DNA of 64,000 bases. Origin: an uncultured Chromatiales bacterium (GTDB lineage Bacteria; Bacteroidota; Ignavibacteria; SZUA-365; CAYQST01). The translations under genes were made by a program, and so were the position numbers. The stretch covers positions 18,532 through 82,531 of the forward strand of contig CAYQST010000009.1 of assembly GCA_964420295.1 (NCBI GenBank), read 5' to 3'. Shown here one piece after another: positions 29,957-38,668 of this stretch; within the stretch, counting starts at the first letter, position 1; every line of letters starts with the position of its first letter. The notes beneath the pieces are model-generated. The model ran no database searches, was not told the origin of the DNA, and saw nothing but the letters and a program-made list of their open reading frames with translations.

Positions 29957-32401
29957 TTACAAATGAACGGTCACATCGCCGTAGATCCCGCGCGTGGCGC
30001 CCGGAAAAAATTGATCCCCTTCTCCGCTCATGGTGTACAGCGTGTCGAAGAGGTTGGTGACGGTCAGTCGGATGAGACCGGAGGTGCCCGCCACCCATTC
30101 GGGAATGCGCAGGGAGAGTCCCGCGTTCACCACGGTCGAGGGATCCACGCGATACCGGTCGTTCTGGGTATTGTCGGTGTACTGATCCCCGACATGCTTC
30201 ACCGTCATGTTCACACCAAGGTATGGCCCTTCCCAGCGCAGGATGAGATTGGCAAGAAGCTCGGGCACCCCCGCGATGCGGTTGCCGTCGAGGGTGCGCT
30301 CCACCACGCCCGTTTCACTGGACTCGTACACACGATAGCGCTCGAGGCGGCTGCGCGAGAGCATGCCATTGCCTTCGAGAGTCAGTCCATTCCACGGACC
30401 CACCACCACTTCGCCCTCGATGCCATAATGCAGACTCTGTGGGGCGTTGCCGGTCATGGGTTGTCCGAATCGATCGAGCTGTCCACTCTTCACGATCTCG
30501 TCCCGAAAATCCATCACGAACCCCGTCACCGTTGCACGAAGGCCATCGCGCCGCAGCCCCGCACCGGCTTCGATGTTGAGCAGACGCTCCGGCTGAACGA
30601 GAGGACGCGAGAAATCCCAGGAGCTATCGGCCTTCATGGCGAACTGGGGCAGGGCCCCTCCGCTGGATTCTGCGGCATCATAGAGATTCTTCAGGCGTGG
30701 TTCCCGACGCGTGAGATTCACCGAGGCATAGAGGTTCCACTGCTCGTTCACATTCACGTTGATGCCGAGTCGGGGATTGAGGAAGGAATAATCCACCGTG
30801 AAATCCGTTCCCACATATTTTTCGTCGAACAGCCGATATCGGTTGAACACATACTGGAGACTTCCCTGCAGCGTGGTCCCGGGCATCAGGGTCCATCCCG
30901 CCTGGGCATAGGCGCTGGCGATATCCTTCCCACCGCGGTACTCGTAATATCGGCGTCCGGGATCCAGGGACGCGGGCAGGGATGCGGCGCTCTGGATCAC
31001 GCCCCAGTGCAGGGAGCGGTGCCTCCGGAGCTCCAGTCCTCCCGTCACGGTGAGGTGGTCTCCCGTGTAGGTGAGACGCGGCAGCCAGCCCGATTGGTCA
31101 TTGTCCACATAGGCCCGAATGATGGGCTGTTCGGGATCGGCGACTCCGGGGAACCCATAGGCCTCGGTCAAACGGAAGTAGCGGGCATCGGTCCATCCCG
31201 TGGCATCGTAATCGAAATACCCCGTGCCCCGAACGTGAAAGAGAGCGGAATTCAGGACCCATCGCTCCGAAATCTCCCATTCGTTCATGATTTCATAATG
31301 GGGCTGGAAAAACTGTTCGCGCTCCTGTACCCGTCGAGTCTGCGTATAGGTGTAGGCAGTGTCGTCGTCCGACCAAAACGAGTAGTTCTTTCTGCGCGCG
31401 GTGCGATCGGACAGGGTAAAGCGAGGCAGCCCGTAATACGCCAGCTCGTCTTCGACGGGAGCGCCGTACAGGGTAATGCGCGTGGTGAATCCGGGGTCGT
31501 ACCGCGTGCCGGTGAGGTAGTATTGCCACACCGACATGCCGGAATGCTCTCGGTAGCCTCCGGTGTTCATGGCGCTCAGTCGGGCATATACCGTAAAGCG
31601 ATGGTCCACGAGTCCGCTGCCGAAGGCCACCGAGGTTTTTCGGGTGTGAAAACTCCCGAATCCCTGGCTTACCGTCAGGCCCTTGCGATCGGCAAAATCT
31701 CCCGTCACGATATTGATGGAGCCGCCGATGGCGGGAGGTCCGTAAAACGCGCTCCCCGCGCCGCGCTGCACCTGGATTTCTTCCACGCTTCCGAGCAAGT
31801 CGGCGAAGTCCAACCAGTACACGTTGTGATCTTCGGGTTCATTTTGGGGAATGCCGTTGACCATCACCGCCAGCCGGCGTTGATCGAAGCCCCGAATCCG
31901 CAGATAGGTGTAGCCCATCCCATTCCCACTTTCGCTAGTGAAGGTGGACGACGGAAGATCGGACAGCAGCACCGGCACATCCTGCACGGTATAGCGTGCC
32001 TCGAGCGCGGGGCGGGGAAGTTCCGAAAAGCTCACCGGAGCAGAACGGGATTCCGCACGGGTGGCGAAGACATCGAGACCGAGCGCGCGCAGGGGTTCGG
32101 CCACGAGAGAGATGCGGAGGTCGAGATCGGTGCCACTCACCGTGAGATCCTGACTCCAGGACCGATAGCCGACATGCGTCACCGTCAGCGTGGTAGGTCC
32201 CGAGGGACGGGAGACGAACACAAAGGCACCGTCCCCATCCGTGGCGTGGGTGGCAGGGGGGGCAGTGACACGCACTGTTGCTCCTACAATAGGCAAACCG
32301 GAGCCCGCATCGGTCACGATGCCATGGATCCGCTGCTGGCAATAGGTGGGAAGGGAGAGAGAGAGGGTTCCTGCAAGGACGAGCATCCAGGAAAGTCGCA
32401 T
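29957..32401 (-). CDS. TonB-dependent outer membrane receptor (putative thiamine/TPP transporter)
   Basis: Signal peptide. Carboxypeptidase-regulatory-like N-terminal domain (GIVTDAGSGLPIVGATVRV). Plug plus beta-barrel. It is preceded by a TPP riboswitch. An alternative GTG at 32404 is also in frame. Confidence 0.85.
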   Translation of the reverse strand: MRLSWMLVLAGTLSLSLPTYCQQRIHGIVTDAGSGLPIVGATVRVTAPPATHATDGDGAFVFVSRPSGPTTLTVTHVGYRSWSQDLTVSGTDLDLRISLVAEPLRALGLDVFATRAESRSAPVSFSELPRPALEARYTVQDVPVLLSDLPSSTFTSESGNGMGYTYLRIRGFDQRRLAVMVNGIPQNEPEDHNVYWLDFADLLGSVEEIQVQRGAGSAFYGPPAIGGSINIVTGDFADRKGLTVSQGFGSFHTRKTSVAFGSGLVDHRFTVYARLSAMNTGGYREHSGMSVWQYYLTGTRYDPGFTTRITLYGAPVEDELAYYGLPRFTLSDRTARRKNYSFWSDDDTAYTYTQTRRVQEREQFFQPHYEIMNEWEISERWVLNSALFHVRGTGYFDYDATGWTDARYFRLTEAYGFPGVADPEQPIIRAYVDNDQSGWLPRLTYTGDHLTVTGGLELRRHRSLHWGVIQSAASLPASLDPGRRYYEYRGGKDIASAYAQAGWTLMPGTTLQGSLQYVFNRYRLFDEKYVGTDFTVDYSFLNPRLGINVNVNEQWNLYASVNLTRREPRLKNLYDAAESSGGALPQFAMKADSSWDFSRPLVQPERLLNIEAGAGLRRDGLRATVTGFVMDFRDEIVKSGQLDRFGQPMTGNAPQSLHYGIEGEVVVGPWNGLTLEGNGMLSRSRLERYRVYESSETGVVERTLDGNRIAGVPELLANLILRWEGPYLGVNMTVKHVGDQYTDNTQNDRYRVDPSTVVNAGLSLRIPEWVAGTSGLIRLTVTNLFDTLYTMSGEGDQFFPGATRGIYGDVTVHL

Positions 32402-32470
32402 CACATGAGTCCTTTCAATGTGAGGGTTCAGGAAACTCGACCCTGACGCGGGCGAAGCGAGGAAACGAAA

Positions 32471-32490
32471 AAAACCGCAATTGCGGTTTT
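32471..32490 (-). terminator. riboswitch expression-platform terminator (AAAACCGCAATTGCGGTTTT)
   Basis: Perfect palindrome followed by T7 on the minus strand. It lies between the TPP aptamer and the TonB receptor start. Confidence 0.5.
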
Positions 32491-32494
32491 CGGG

Positions 32495-32590
32495 GAGAAG
32501 TCCATTTCCCTACGCCGGCATTATCCGGGTCAGGTTCGACGGGTGTATTCTCAGCCGCCACTGTGGCAGCACCCCGATAGCGAGACTAAA
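32495..32590 (-). promoter_or_regulatory. TPP (thiamine pyrophosphate) riboswitch, THI element
   Basis: The minus strand reads GGGGTGCTGCC...GGCTGAGAATACACCCGTCGAACCTGACCCGGATAATGCCGGCGTAGGGAA. This matches the CUGAGA, ACCCG, GAACCUGA, GGAUAAUGCC and GCGUAGGGAA cores of the E. coli thiM aptamer. Confidence 0.9.
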
Positions 32591-32718
32591 CTACGCGGTT
32601 TCTCTTCCCCGCGCAAGTCCCGGCCTCCCGCTTGGTACCGCCTCTGTTTCTGACCTGCGCCAGGTACGGTTGATTGCGTATATTTGTCATTCGTGTTTCA
32701 AAATTATCAATCGTGATC

Positions 32719-34083
32719 ATGCCTCGCCCTCTGTCCCCCATTCTTCTTACCGCGTTCCTCCTGTCTTCCGCCCTTCTGCACGCCCAATCCTATCAGCCGC
32801 GCATCGATCGCATCGTGCTGGACAACGGACTCTCGGTGGTGTTACATCGCGATACCACGGTGACGGACGTGGCCGTCATTCTGAGCTTTCGTGCGGGTTC
32901 GGCCTTCGATCCCGCCAAGAAGAAGGGACTCGCCTCGATCGTGGGCTCCCTGTACATGACGCCAACGTCCGCCGTTCCCAACGAAACCGTTCAGCGCCTC
33001 CAACGCTCGGGTGCCGGTGCCACGGCGGCCCTCACCGATGTGGATGCCATTCACATTTCGGCCTATTACCAGGCCGGGTTTCTGGAGTCCGTCCTGTGGA
33101 TGGAAGCGGATCGCATGCGGAGCGGAGGGGCCCATTTCGACAAGACGCGACTGGACGCCATCGTCGAGCGCCTCCAGGAACAATACCGAAAGGCCGCGTC
33201 CCGCCCCCTGTTCGATCTCAACAAAAAGTCTTACGAGGAGCTTTATCCCGACGGCCATCCCTATAAATCGCTGACAAACGGGGAGCCTTCGCAGTGGAAG
33301 ACCATCACGCTCAAGGACTGTCGTTCCTTTGCCGCGCAATGGCTCGTCCCCAACAACGCCTCTCTTACCATCAGCGGAAATTTCCGCATCGAAGACGCCA
33401 CCGCCTGGGTGACCCGATATTTTTCGTCCATCCCCGCCAACCGCAAACTGCATATTCCATCTGTCCCCGCGCTTCCGCCTCTGGGCCAGGCCTCCATCGT
33501 CCATGAGGACAACATCAGCACCACCCGTTTGTCCCTTGTCTTTCCCACCGTACCCTTCGGACATCCCGACGAACCCGTGCTTCAGCTTCTCGCGCACATT
33601 CTGGCGGGATCCTCGAACAGTTATCTCCATGTGCTCCTCGCGGAAGAAGATCCCACCATCACCTCCATCGAAGCGCATCAGAGCAGTCAGGCATTGGACG
33701 GAAACCTGTGGATCACGATTAACGGAACCATCGAGGCCGACTTGCAGAAATTCTACGAGCGGGTGATGGAAACCATCGCCGTCCTGAAAAGAGAAGCCGT
33801 GATCGAACGAGATCTGCTCGAAGCGAGAAATGCGGTGGAAATGGCCGTGCTTTCGCCAGCGGAAGACATTTCCGGCGTGAGTGGTCGCGCTTTCGTGATG
33901 AATCGCGCCAACCTTCTGTTGAAGGATCCCCTGGCGCCCTTCACTCAGCTCGATCGCCTGGCGCAGATTTCGATGCCCATGATTCAGCAGGCCCTCACCA
34001 AGTACTGCACGGTACAGAATCAAATGCTGCTTAGCGTTGTGCCGGTGGGGAAGGGCTCCCGTGCCGCACGTCCTCTGAAATAG
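32719..34083 (+). CDS. M16 (pitrilysin/insulinase) family peptidase-like protein
   Basis: Signal peptide. M16 N- and C-domain architecture. No clear HxxEH motif, so it may be a non-catalytic M16 subunit. Confidence 0.7.
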   Translation: MPRPLSPILLTAFLLSSALLHAQSYQPRIDRIVLDNGLSVVLHRDTTVTDVAVILSFRAGSAFDPAKKKGLASIVGSLYMTPTSAVPNETVQRLQRSGAGATAALTDVDAIHISAYYQAGFLESVLWMEADRMRSGGAHFDKTRLDAIVERLQEQYRKAASRPLFDLNKKSYEELYPDGHPYKSLTNGEPSQWKTITLKDCRSFAAQWLVPNNASLTISGNFRIEDATAWVTRYFSSIPANRKLHIPSVPALPPLGQASIVHEDNISTTRLSLVFPTVPFGHPDEPVLQLLAHILAGSSNSYLHVLLAEEDPTITSIEAHQSSQALDGNLWITINGTIEADLQKFYERVMETIAVLKREAVIERDLLEARNAVEMAVLSPAEDISGVSGRAFVMNRANLLLKDPLAPFTQLDRLAQISMPMIQQALTKYCTVQNQMLLSVVPVGKGSRAARPLK

Positions 34084-34229
34084 CACGGTATTATCCTTCA
34101 CGAACACGAAGGCATCGTCTCGATTCCGACCGTCGTCCTCGTCTGATCTCCTCAGGGCAGGAAATCCGCCCCGTGTGAATCCTTCACGCAACGTGCCCGC
34201 CCTTCACAGGGACGATCCCATCCCCATCG

Positions 34230-34259
34230 AAAAATCCGCCTTTCGGCGGATTTTTTCTT
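34230..34259 (+). terminator. rho-independent terminator (AAAAATCCGCC-TTTC-GGCGGATTTTTTCTT)
   Basis: GC hairpin followed by T6. It lies downstream of the M16 gene. Confidence 0.5.
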
Positions 34260-34331
34260 GGTTACGAAATTGGCACGATTCTGTATGCTCTTTGGTCAGA
34301 ATGTCTCTGATCCAAGAACGAGGAGTTCGCC

Positions 34332-34691
34332 ATGTTTCGTCAATTTGCATTTTCCGCCTTCTTCGCCCTCTGCGCCTCGACTTCCCTCCATGCCCAGTCG
34401 TACAATACGGACACGCAGTGGACCACCCATGATGGGACTGTGCGGCTTTCGGGAACCACCCTTACGCTTCGGGACTACCGTTTTACCCTCATTGCCACTC
34501 CCCAGCCCCAGGTCTTTCGCTTCGAGGATCCTCGCACCCACGCAACGGCAGAGCTCGACCTCCGCGAAGCGGCCGGCATGTATCTGACCATCGCAGACAG
34601 GGGAGAGACCATGCAGGTCGTGTCTCCCACCTCTTCGGCGCGCTCGATCGATGGCATGGCCAGATCGACCGTCACCCGCGACGACAAGTAA
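34332..34691 (+). CDS. small secreted hypothetical protein
   Basis: 119 aa. Signal peptide FAFSAFFALCASTSLHAQ. It has its own terminator. No known domain. Confidence 0.45.
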   Translation: MFRQFAFSAFFALCASTSLHAQSYNTDTQWTTHDGTVRLSGTTLTLRDYRFTLIATPQPQVFRFEDPRTHATAELDLREAAGMYLTIADRGETMQVVSPTSSARSIDGMARSTVTRDDK

Positions 34692-34735
34692 TCGCTCACC
34701 ACGGCAATCCCCCTCATCAGTAGGAAGAAAAGGGA

Positions 34736-34772
34736 GAAGCGCGGATCCGGGACCACGGATCCGCGTTTTTTT
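34736..34772 (+). terminator. rho-independent terminator (GCGCGGATCCGGGACCACGGATCCGCG + T7)
   Basis: Long GC stem followed by TTTTTTT. It terminates the small secreted gene. Confidence 0.55.
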
Positions 34773-34775
34773 ATG

Positions 34776-34808
34776 CAAAAAAAAACGGTCCGACAGAGTC
34801 GGACCGTT
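34776..34808 (-). terminator. rho-independent terminator (CGGTCCGAC-AGA-GTCGGACCG with T9 on the minus strand)
   Basis: Perfect inverted repeat preceded by A9 on the plus strand. It terminates the convergent T9SS cargo gene. Confidence 0.55.
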
Positions 34809-34831
34809 TGCATTCACCGAAGTGTCGAGGA

Positions 34832-37582
34832 TTAGCGCGCGAGCACCATCTTTCTGGTGGCCGTAAAGGCGGCGGAGCCGTCGGTCGGACGCGCTTCGAT
34901 GCGATAGAGGTACACGCCACTGGGGGTGTTGGCACCGCCCCAGTTCGTGAAGTGCTGGCCGGCCTGCATGGTCGCATTCACCAGTGTGGAAACCTCGCGA
35001 CCAAGCATGTCATACACGCGCAGGGTCACGAAGGCATCGGTGTTCAGCGAGAAGCTGATGGTGGTCGTCGGGTTGAATGGATTCGGATAGTTCTGATCCA
35101 GCGTGAACTGGGTCGGGATTCCGGCCGCGTTCACCACCGGACGCACGCTCTTCGCCTTCGGGGAAACCACGTTGGCGATCGAGAGGGAACCGATGCGATT
35201 GCCTTCCACGCGGAGATCGTTGGACTGGGGCACCGGGATGGCGCGGTCGGCAACCTTCATCATGGACGGAGTCTGGAGGGAACGGGTGGTCATCGCATTG
35301 CCAAGCTGGGCGAAGAACGTCGCAGCATGCTCACGCGCGGTGGGATCCTTGGAAAGGATGCTTCCCGCGGTCAGGCCGGCGATCTGACGATCGAAGGCGG
35401 TGACTCGATAGGACGGCGTCACGAGCGAGCGGGTCGCGACAATCGTCTCTTCCATGTTCCGCAACTCATCGCTGGACGCGAAGGAGGCATAGATCTGATT
35501 GGCCAGATCGCCCTTCATATCCTCGGTGGGCACGACGGAGAACTGGGTACCGTTGTCGATGGCCAGGCGCGCCTGGGCCGCGTCGCTCCGGGAGATGGAG
35601 CCCACCCACAGGATGCGCTCGGCGGAGAAGTTCACCGGATTCGTCGTGCGATCCACGAAGGTCACTGTCTGACCGGCTTCGGTGACGGCGGCCACGATCT
35701 TCTCGCGCAACACCTTCGTCAGGGAGCCATCATGATAGGCCACGATCGGAGCGAAGGGCACGATGAAGGAACGGGTATAGGTATTGTTGATGGGATTCTC
35801 GTCGTCGGCGAATTCCACCTCGGCGGTGATCGTGTAGGAGCCGGAACCCGGCAGGGTGATCGCGTCGAAACCGTTGGCGTTATTCGGCGTCTGCCAGTAG
35901 TACGCATAGGGCGTGCTGAAGGGCGGCTGGGTCTGGGACGGATTCATGGTGATGCGCTTCTCGGTGAAGGCCACCACGGCGCCGCTGGCATTGCGCACGG
36001 TGACGCGGCCGAAGCCCATCATCGTCGGAAGATTCGGAAGCGGAGCGAAAGATCCGTAGGTCACCACGGGACGGAAGTTCGTCGAGCCCACGTTGGTCGG
36101 CTGATCGATGGACACCACGCCGAGATCGGAACCGGTGATGAAGTTGGCGCGAATCATCTTCGTGGCAAATGCCTTGCCCACTTCTTCGGCCCAGGTGGTG
36201 CCACCGTTGGCACTCCATACCTGGCTGACGGTACCGAACAGATAGCTCATCCCACCGGGATTGTTCGGATTGTCGAAATACTTCGGCTTGTTGTCCATAC
36301 CGAGGGCGAAAGAACCCGCGGGAGACGGAGCAACTTCGAGACACACGGCAAGCGCGTAGGTACCGGCCGGCAGAGTGGTCGGCGGCACAGCATAGCTGCT
36401 CCACTTGTTGCCCTGGGCGGGAAGCTGGTAGGGACCGAAGGTCGCAATCGCGGCACCAGAGGGGAGAGTTCCCCAACCACCCGGAACCTGATACACCTTG
36501 ATCGTGAAGCGGCAGGCAGAGGGACGCGGCTCGAGTTCCACACTCGGACCATGCCACACATCCACGCTGGTGAGGGTCTGTGCCACGCTCAGGAAGTACA
36601 CGCCCGCGTTGCACTCGTTGACCATCGGATTGTATTCGGAACCCATGGTGCCCTTGTCGTATGCCAGGGAGCCCGGGGTTACGTTCACCATCTTCGAAAT
36701 GGTGTTGTCGTTGCCGGTGATGTACAGATCATGACGCTGATAGAGAGAAAGCACCACATTATGCTGACCGGGGAAGGTAACGCTGTTGACCGCGAATCCC
36801 GAGGGATAGGTGCCGGAACCGGCCAGGGTCATGTCGAAATCGTCCTTCGGGCCCAGCAGGCCGTACGGATACTGGGTCTGAATGGTCACGCGCGCCGTGG
36901 CGGAGGCCTTCGAATTCTGCAACACGGCGAAGCCCTGCAGATAGCCACCAGCGGGACGGGCACCGGCCACCGAGTACGGCGGAAGAATGCTCACGTCCTC
37001 GAGATAATATCCCGGATATTCGTTCCAACCATAGTAATTGAGGTCGGCGCCGAAACGGACATCCTTGTACTGGTTCTTGTCGGTATTGAACACGAGACCC
37101 CATTTCACCAGGACGCCAACGTCACCCACCTGGGTATCGTTGACCTGGATCGTCCAGGTTCCTACTGCCGAACCAGAGGTGGGCAGCGGCATCTGCGGGC
37201 TGTAAACTCCACGGAAGAGGGCGGTCGTGTTGCCCGGGCTGTTGATCGGCACACCCGGAATCGAGCCCGAGGTGTTGTTGTCGAAAATGGTGTTCTCGTA
37301 GTTGCGATACACGCCACCATTGTTCTGGGACAACACGTAGCTGCCGGTGGGACCGGACAAGGTGATGATCAGATCACCCGCGGTCGGGTGCTGGATGTCC
37401 ACCACAACCTGCATGTTCGAGATCGTAATGGGATCGGTGATCGTCATCGAGCTCATCACGCTCCCCATGTCGGGAATCGTCGCGTTGGGAGTCTTGAACC
37501 CCTGATACTGCTGACTGAACGCGGCAAAGGTGCACAGCAGGCCGACAATCATGGCAGTTAGAGTGTGTCTAACTAATCTCAT
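34832..37582 (-). CDS. secreted proprotein-convertase P-domain protein with T9SS C-terminal sorting domain
   Basis: GGAGGA SD 5 nt before the ATG at 37582. Signal peptide MRLVRHTLTAMIVGLLCTFAAFSQQ. P-domain-like block (ISNMQVVVDIQHPTAGDLIITLSGPTGS). C-terminal NYPNPFNPTTTISF...GVYLYRIE matches a T9SS sorting domain. Confidence 0.8.
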   Translation of the reverse strand: MRLVRHTLTAMIVGLLCTFAAFSQQYQGFKTPNATIPDMGSVMSSMTITDPITISNMQVVVDIQHPTAGDLIITLSGPTGSYVLSQNNGGVYRNYENTIFDNNTSGSIPGVPINSPGNTTALFRGVYSPQMPLPTSGSAVGTWTIQVNDTQVGDVGVLVKWGLVFNTDKNQYKDVRFGADLNYYGWNEYPGYYLEDVSILPPYSVAGARPAGGYLQGFAVLQNSKASATARVTIQTQYPYGLLGPKDDFDMTLAGSGTYPSGFAVNSVTFPGQHNVVLSLYQRHDLYITGNDNTISKMVNVTPGSLAYDKGTMGSEYNPMVNECNAGVYFLSVAQTLTSVDVWHGPSVELEPRPSACRFTIKVYQVPGGWGTLPSGAAIATFGPYQLPAQGNKWSSYAVPPTTLPAGTYALAVCLEVAPSPAGSFALGMDNKPKYFDNPNNPGGMSYLFGTVSQVWSANGGTTWAEEVGKAFATKMIRANFITGSDLGVVSIDQPTNVGSTNFRPVVTYGSFAPLPNLPTMMGFGRVTVRNASGAVVAFTEKRITMNPSQTQPPFSTPYAYYWQTPNNANGFDAITLPGSGSYTITAEVEFADDENPINNTYTRSFIVPFAPIVAYHDGSLTKVLREKIVAAVTEAGQTVTFVDRTTNPVNFSAERILWVGSISRSDAAQARLAIDNGTQFSVVPTEDMKGDLANQIYASFASSDELRNMEETIVATRSLVTPSYRVTAFDRQIAGLTAGSILSKDPTAREHAATFFAQLGNAMTTRSLQTPSMMKVADRAIPVPQSNDLRVEGNRIGSLSIANVVSPKAKSVRPVVNAAGIPTQFTLDQNYPNPFNPTTTISFSLNTDAFVTLRVYDMLGREVSTLVNATMQAGQHFTNWGGANTPSGVYLYRIEARPTDGSAAFTATRKMVLAR

Positions 37583-37650
37583 GGATTCCTCCATTCGTGA
37601 GTGATAAGGGAAAAGAAAACTTCCATTCAGGTATGTCAGTAATTGCTCGT

Positions 37651-37679
37651 AAACTAGCACTTGGCCCCCCCAATGTCAA
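37651..37679 (-). promoter_or_regulatory. sigma70-like promoter (TTGACA-17-TAGTTT) for the P-domain T9SS cargo gene
   Basis: On the minus strand: TTGACA, 17 nt, then TAGTTT. It is about 60 nt upstream of the ATG. Confidence 0.35.
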
Positions 37680-37864
37680 GCCGGGGAGCGGACCGGGAAG
37701 CCGGTCACGCACCACACGAAGGAAGGGAACGCGATCCGTGAGGACTTTTTCCTCAACATCCTCCGTGGGTGTGGCGATTCCTCACACCGGAAAGTACGGA
37801 TTCTTCGGAGAACTCCCAAGGAATCTTCGTTTGGAAAACACCCCGGCAATGCACATTTTTTTTC

Positions 37865-38668
37865 ATGATTCCCCCCAGCTCCCCACTCGTATTTTTTTCC
37901 GATGTCCACCTGGGTGTGTACTCCGGCAACCGGGCAGTCCAACATCTGGATCGGTTCACCGCCTTTCTCGATCTGGTGCTCACGCTGAATCCTGCCGGGG
38001 TGTACATCGTGGGCGACCTGTTCGACTTCTGGTTCGAATACCGATCGGTCGTGCCCCGGGGCTACCATCGAGTGCTCACCCGACTCGAGGACCTTCGGCT
38101 GCGCGGCGCCACGGTGGCCTACCTGGCGGGAAATCACGACTTCGCCATCGGCTCCGCATTCTCACGGGATCTCGGCATCACGGTCGTCCCCGACCGCCTG
38201 ACCTTCGACCACGATGGCCATCGCTTCCACCTCTATCATGGAGACGGCCTGGCTGTGCGGGATCGCGGCTATCACCTTCTCAAAGCCGTGCTGCGCCATC
38301 GCCTGGCCCAGGCCTCCTTTCGCCTCCTCCATCCAGACCTGGCGTTTTCCATCGCGCATGCGGTGTCCCATTCGAGTCGGGATTACACCTCCACGAAAAA
38401 ATATGGTCCCCTCGACGGCATGCTGCTCGACGCCGAGCGCCGCATCGACGAAGGAGCGGACTTCGTCATCATGGGACATCGCCATCAACCCCTCCTTCGT
38501 CCCCTCGGAACGGGGCTGTACATGAATCTGGGAGATTGGCTGCGCTTCGATACCTTCGGTCTCTACCAAAATGGAACCCTGTCCCTGCAGGCCTTCCGCG
38601 AGGGTCGAATGGTGCCTCACGATGAAGGGACGATGCCTCATGAGGAAAGGACGGTGACGCATGTCTGA
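37865..38668 (+). CDS. UDP-2,3-diacylglucosamine hydrolase LpxH-like metallophosphoesterase
   Basis: Begins MIPPSSPLVFFSDVHLG. Contains GDLFDFW, AGNHD and MGHRH calcineurin-like motifs. Confidence 0.7.
   Translation: MIPPSSPLVFFSDVHLGVYSGNRAVQHLDRFTAFLDLVLTLNPAGVYIVGDLFDFWFEYRSVVPRGYHRVLTRLEDLRLRGATVAYLAGNHDFAIGSAFSRDLGITVVPDRLTFDHDGHRFHLYHGDGLAVRDRGYHLLKAVLRHRLAQASFRLLHPDLAFSIAHAVSHSSRDYTSTKKYGPLDGMLLDAERRIDEGADFVIMGHRHQPLLRPLGTGLYMNLGDWLRFDTFGLYQNGTLSLQAFREGRMVPHDEGTMPHEERTVTHV

Noticed and set aside
29684-32446. 920-aa plus-strand ORF antisense to the TonB-dependent receptor
   Set aside because: It has no recognizable domains. The minus strand encodes a canonical TonB-dependent receptor preceded by a TPP riboswitch.
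34283-34300. TGGCACG...TGC sigma54-like motif
   Set aside because: GG-to-GC spacing is 15 nt rather than the required 12. This is probably fortuitous.
34808-37561. 917-aa plus-strand ORF antisense to the P-domain T9SS cargo gene
   Set aside because: Gly/Arg/His-rich low-complexity translation. The minus strand has a signal peptide, P-domain and T9SS sorting domain.
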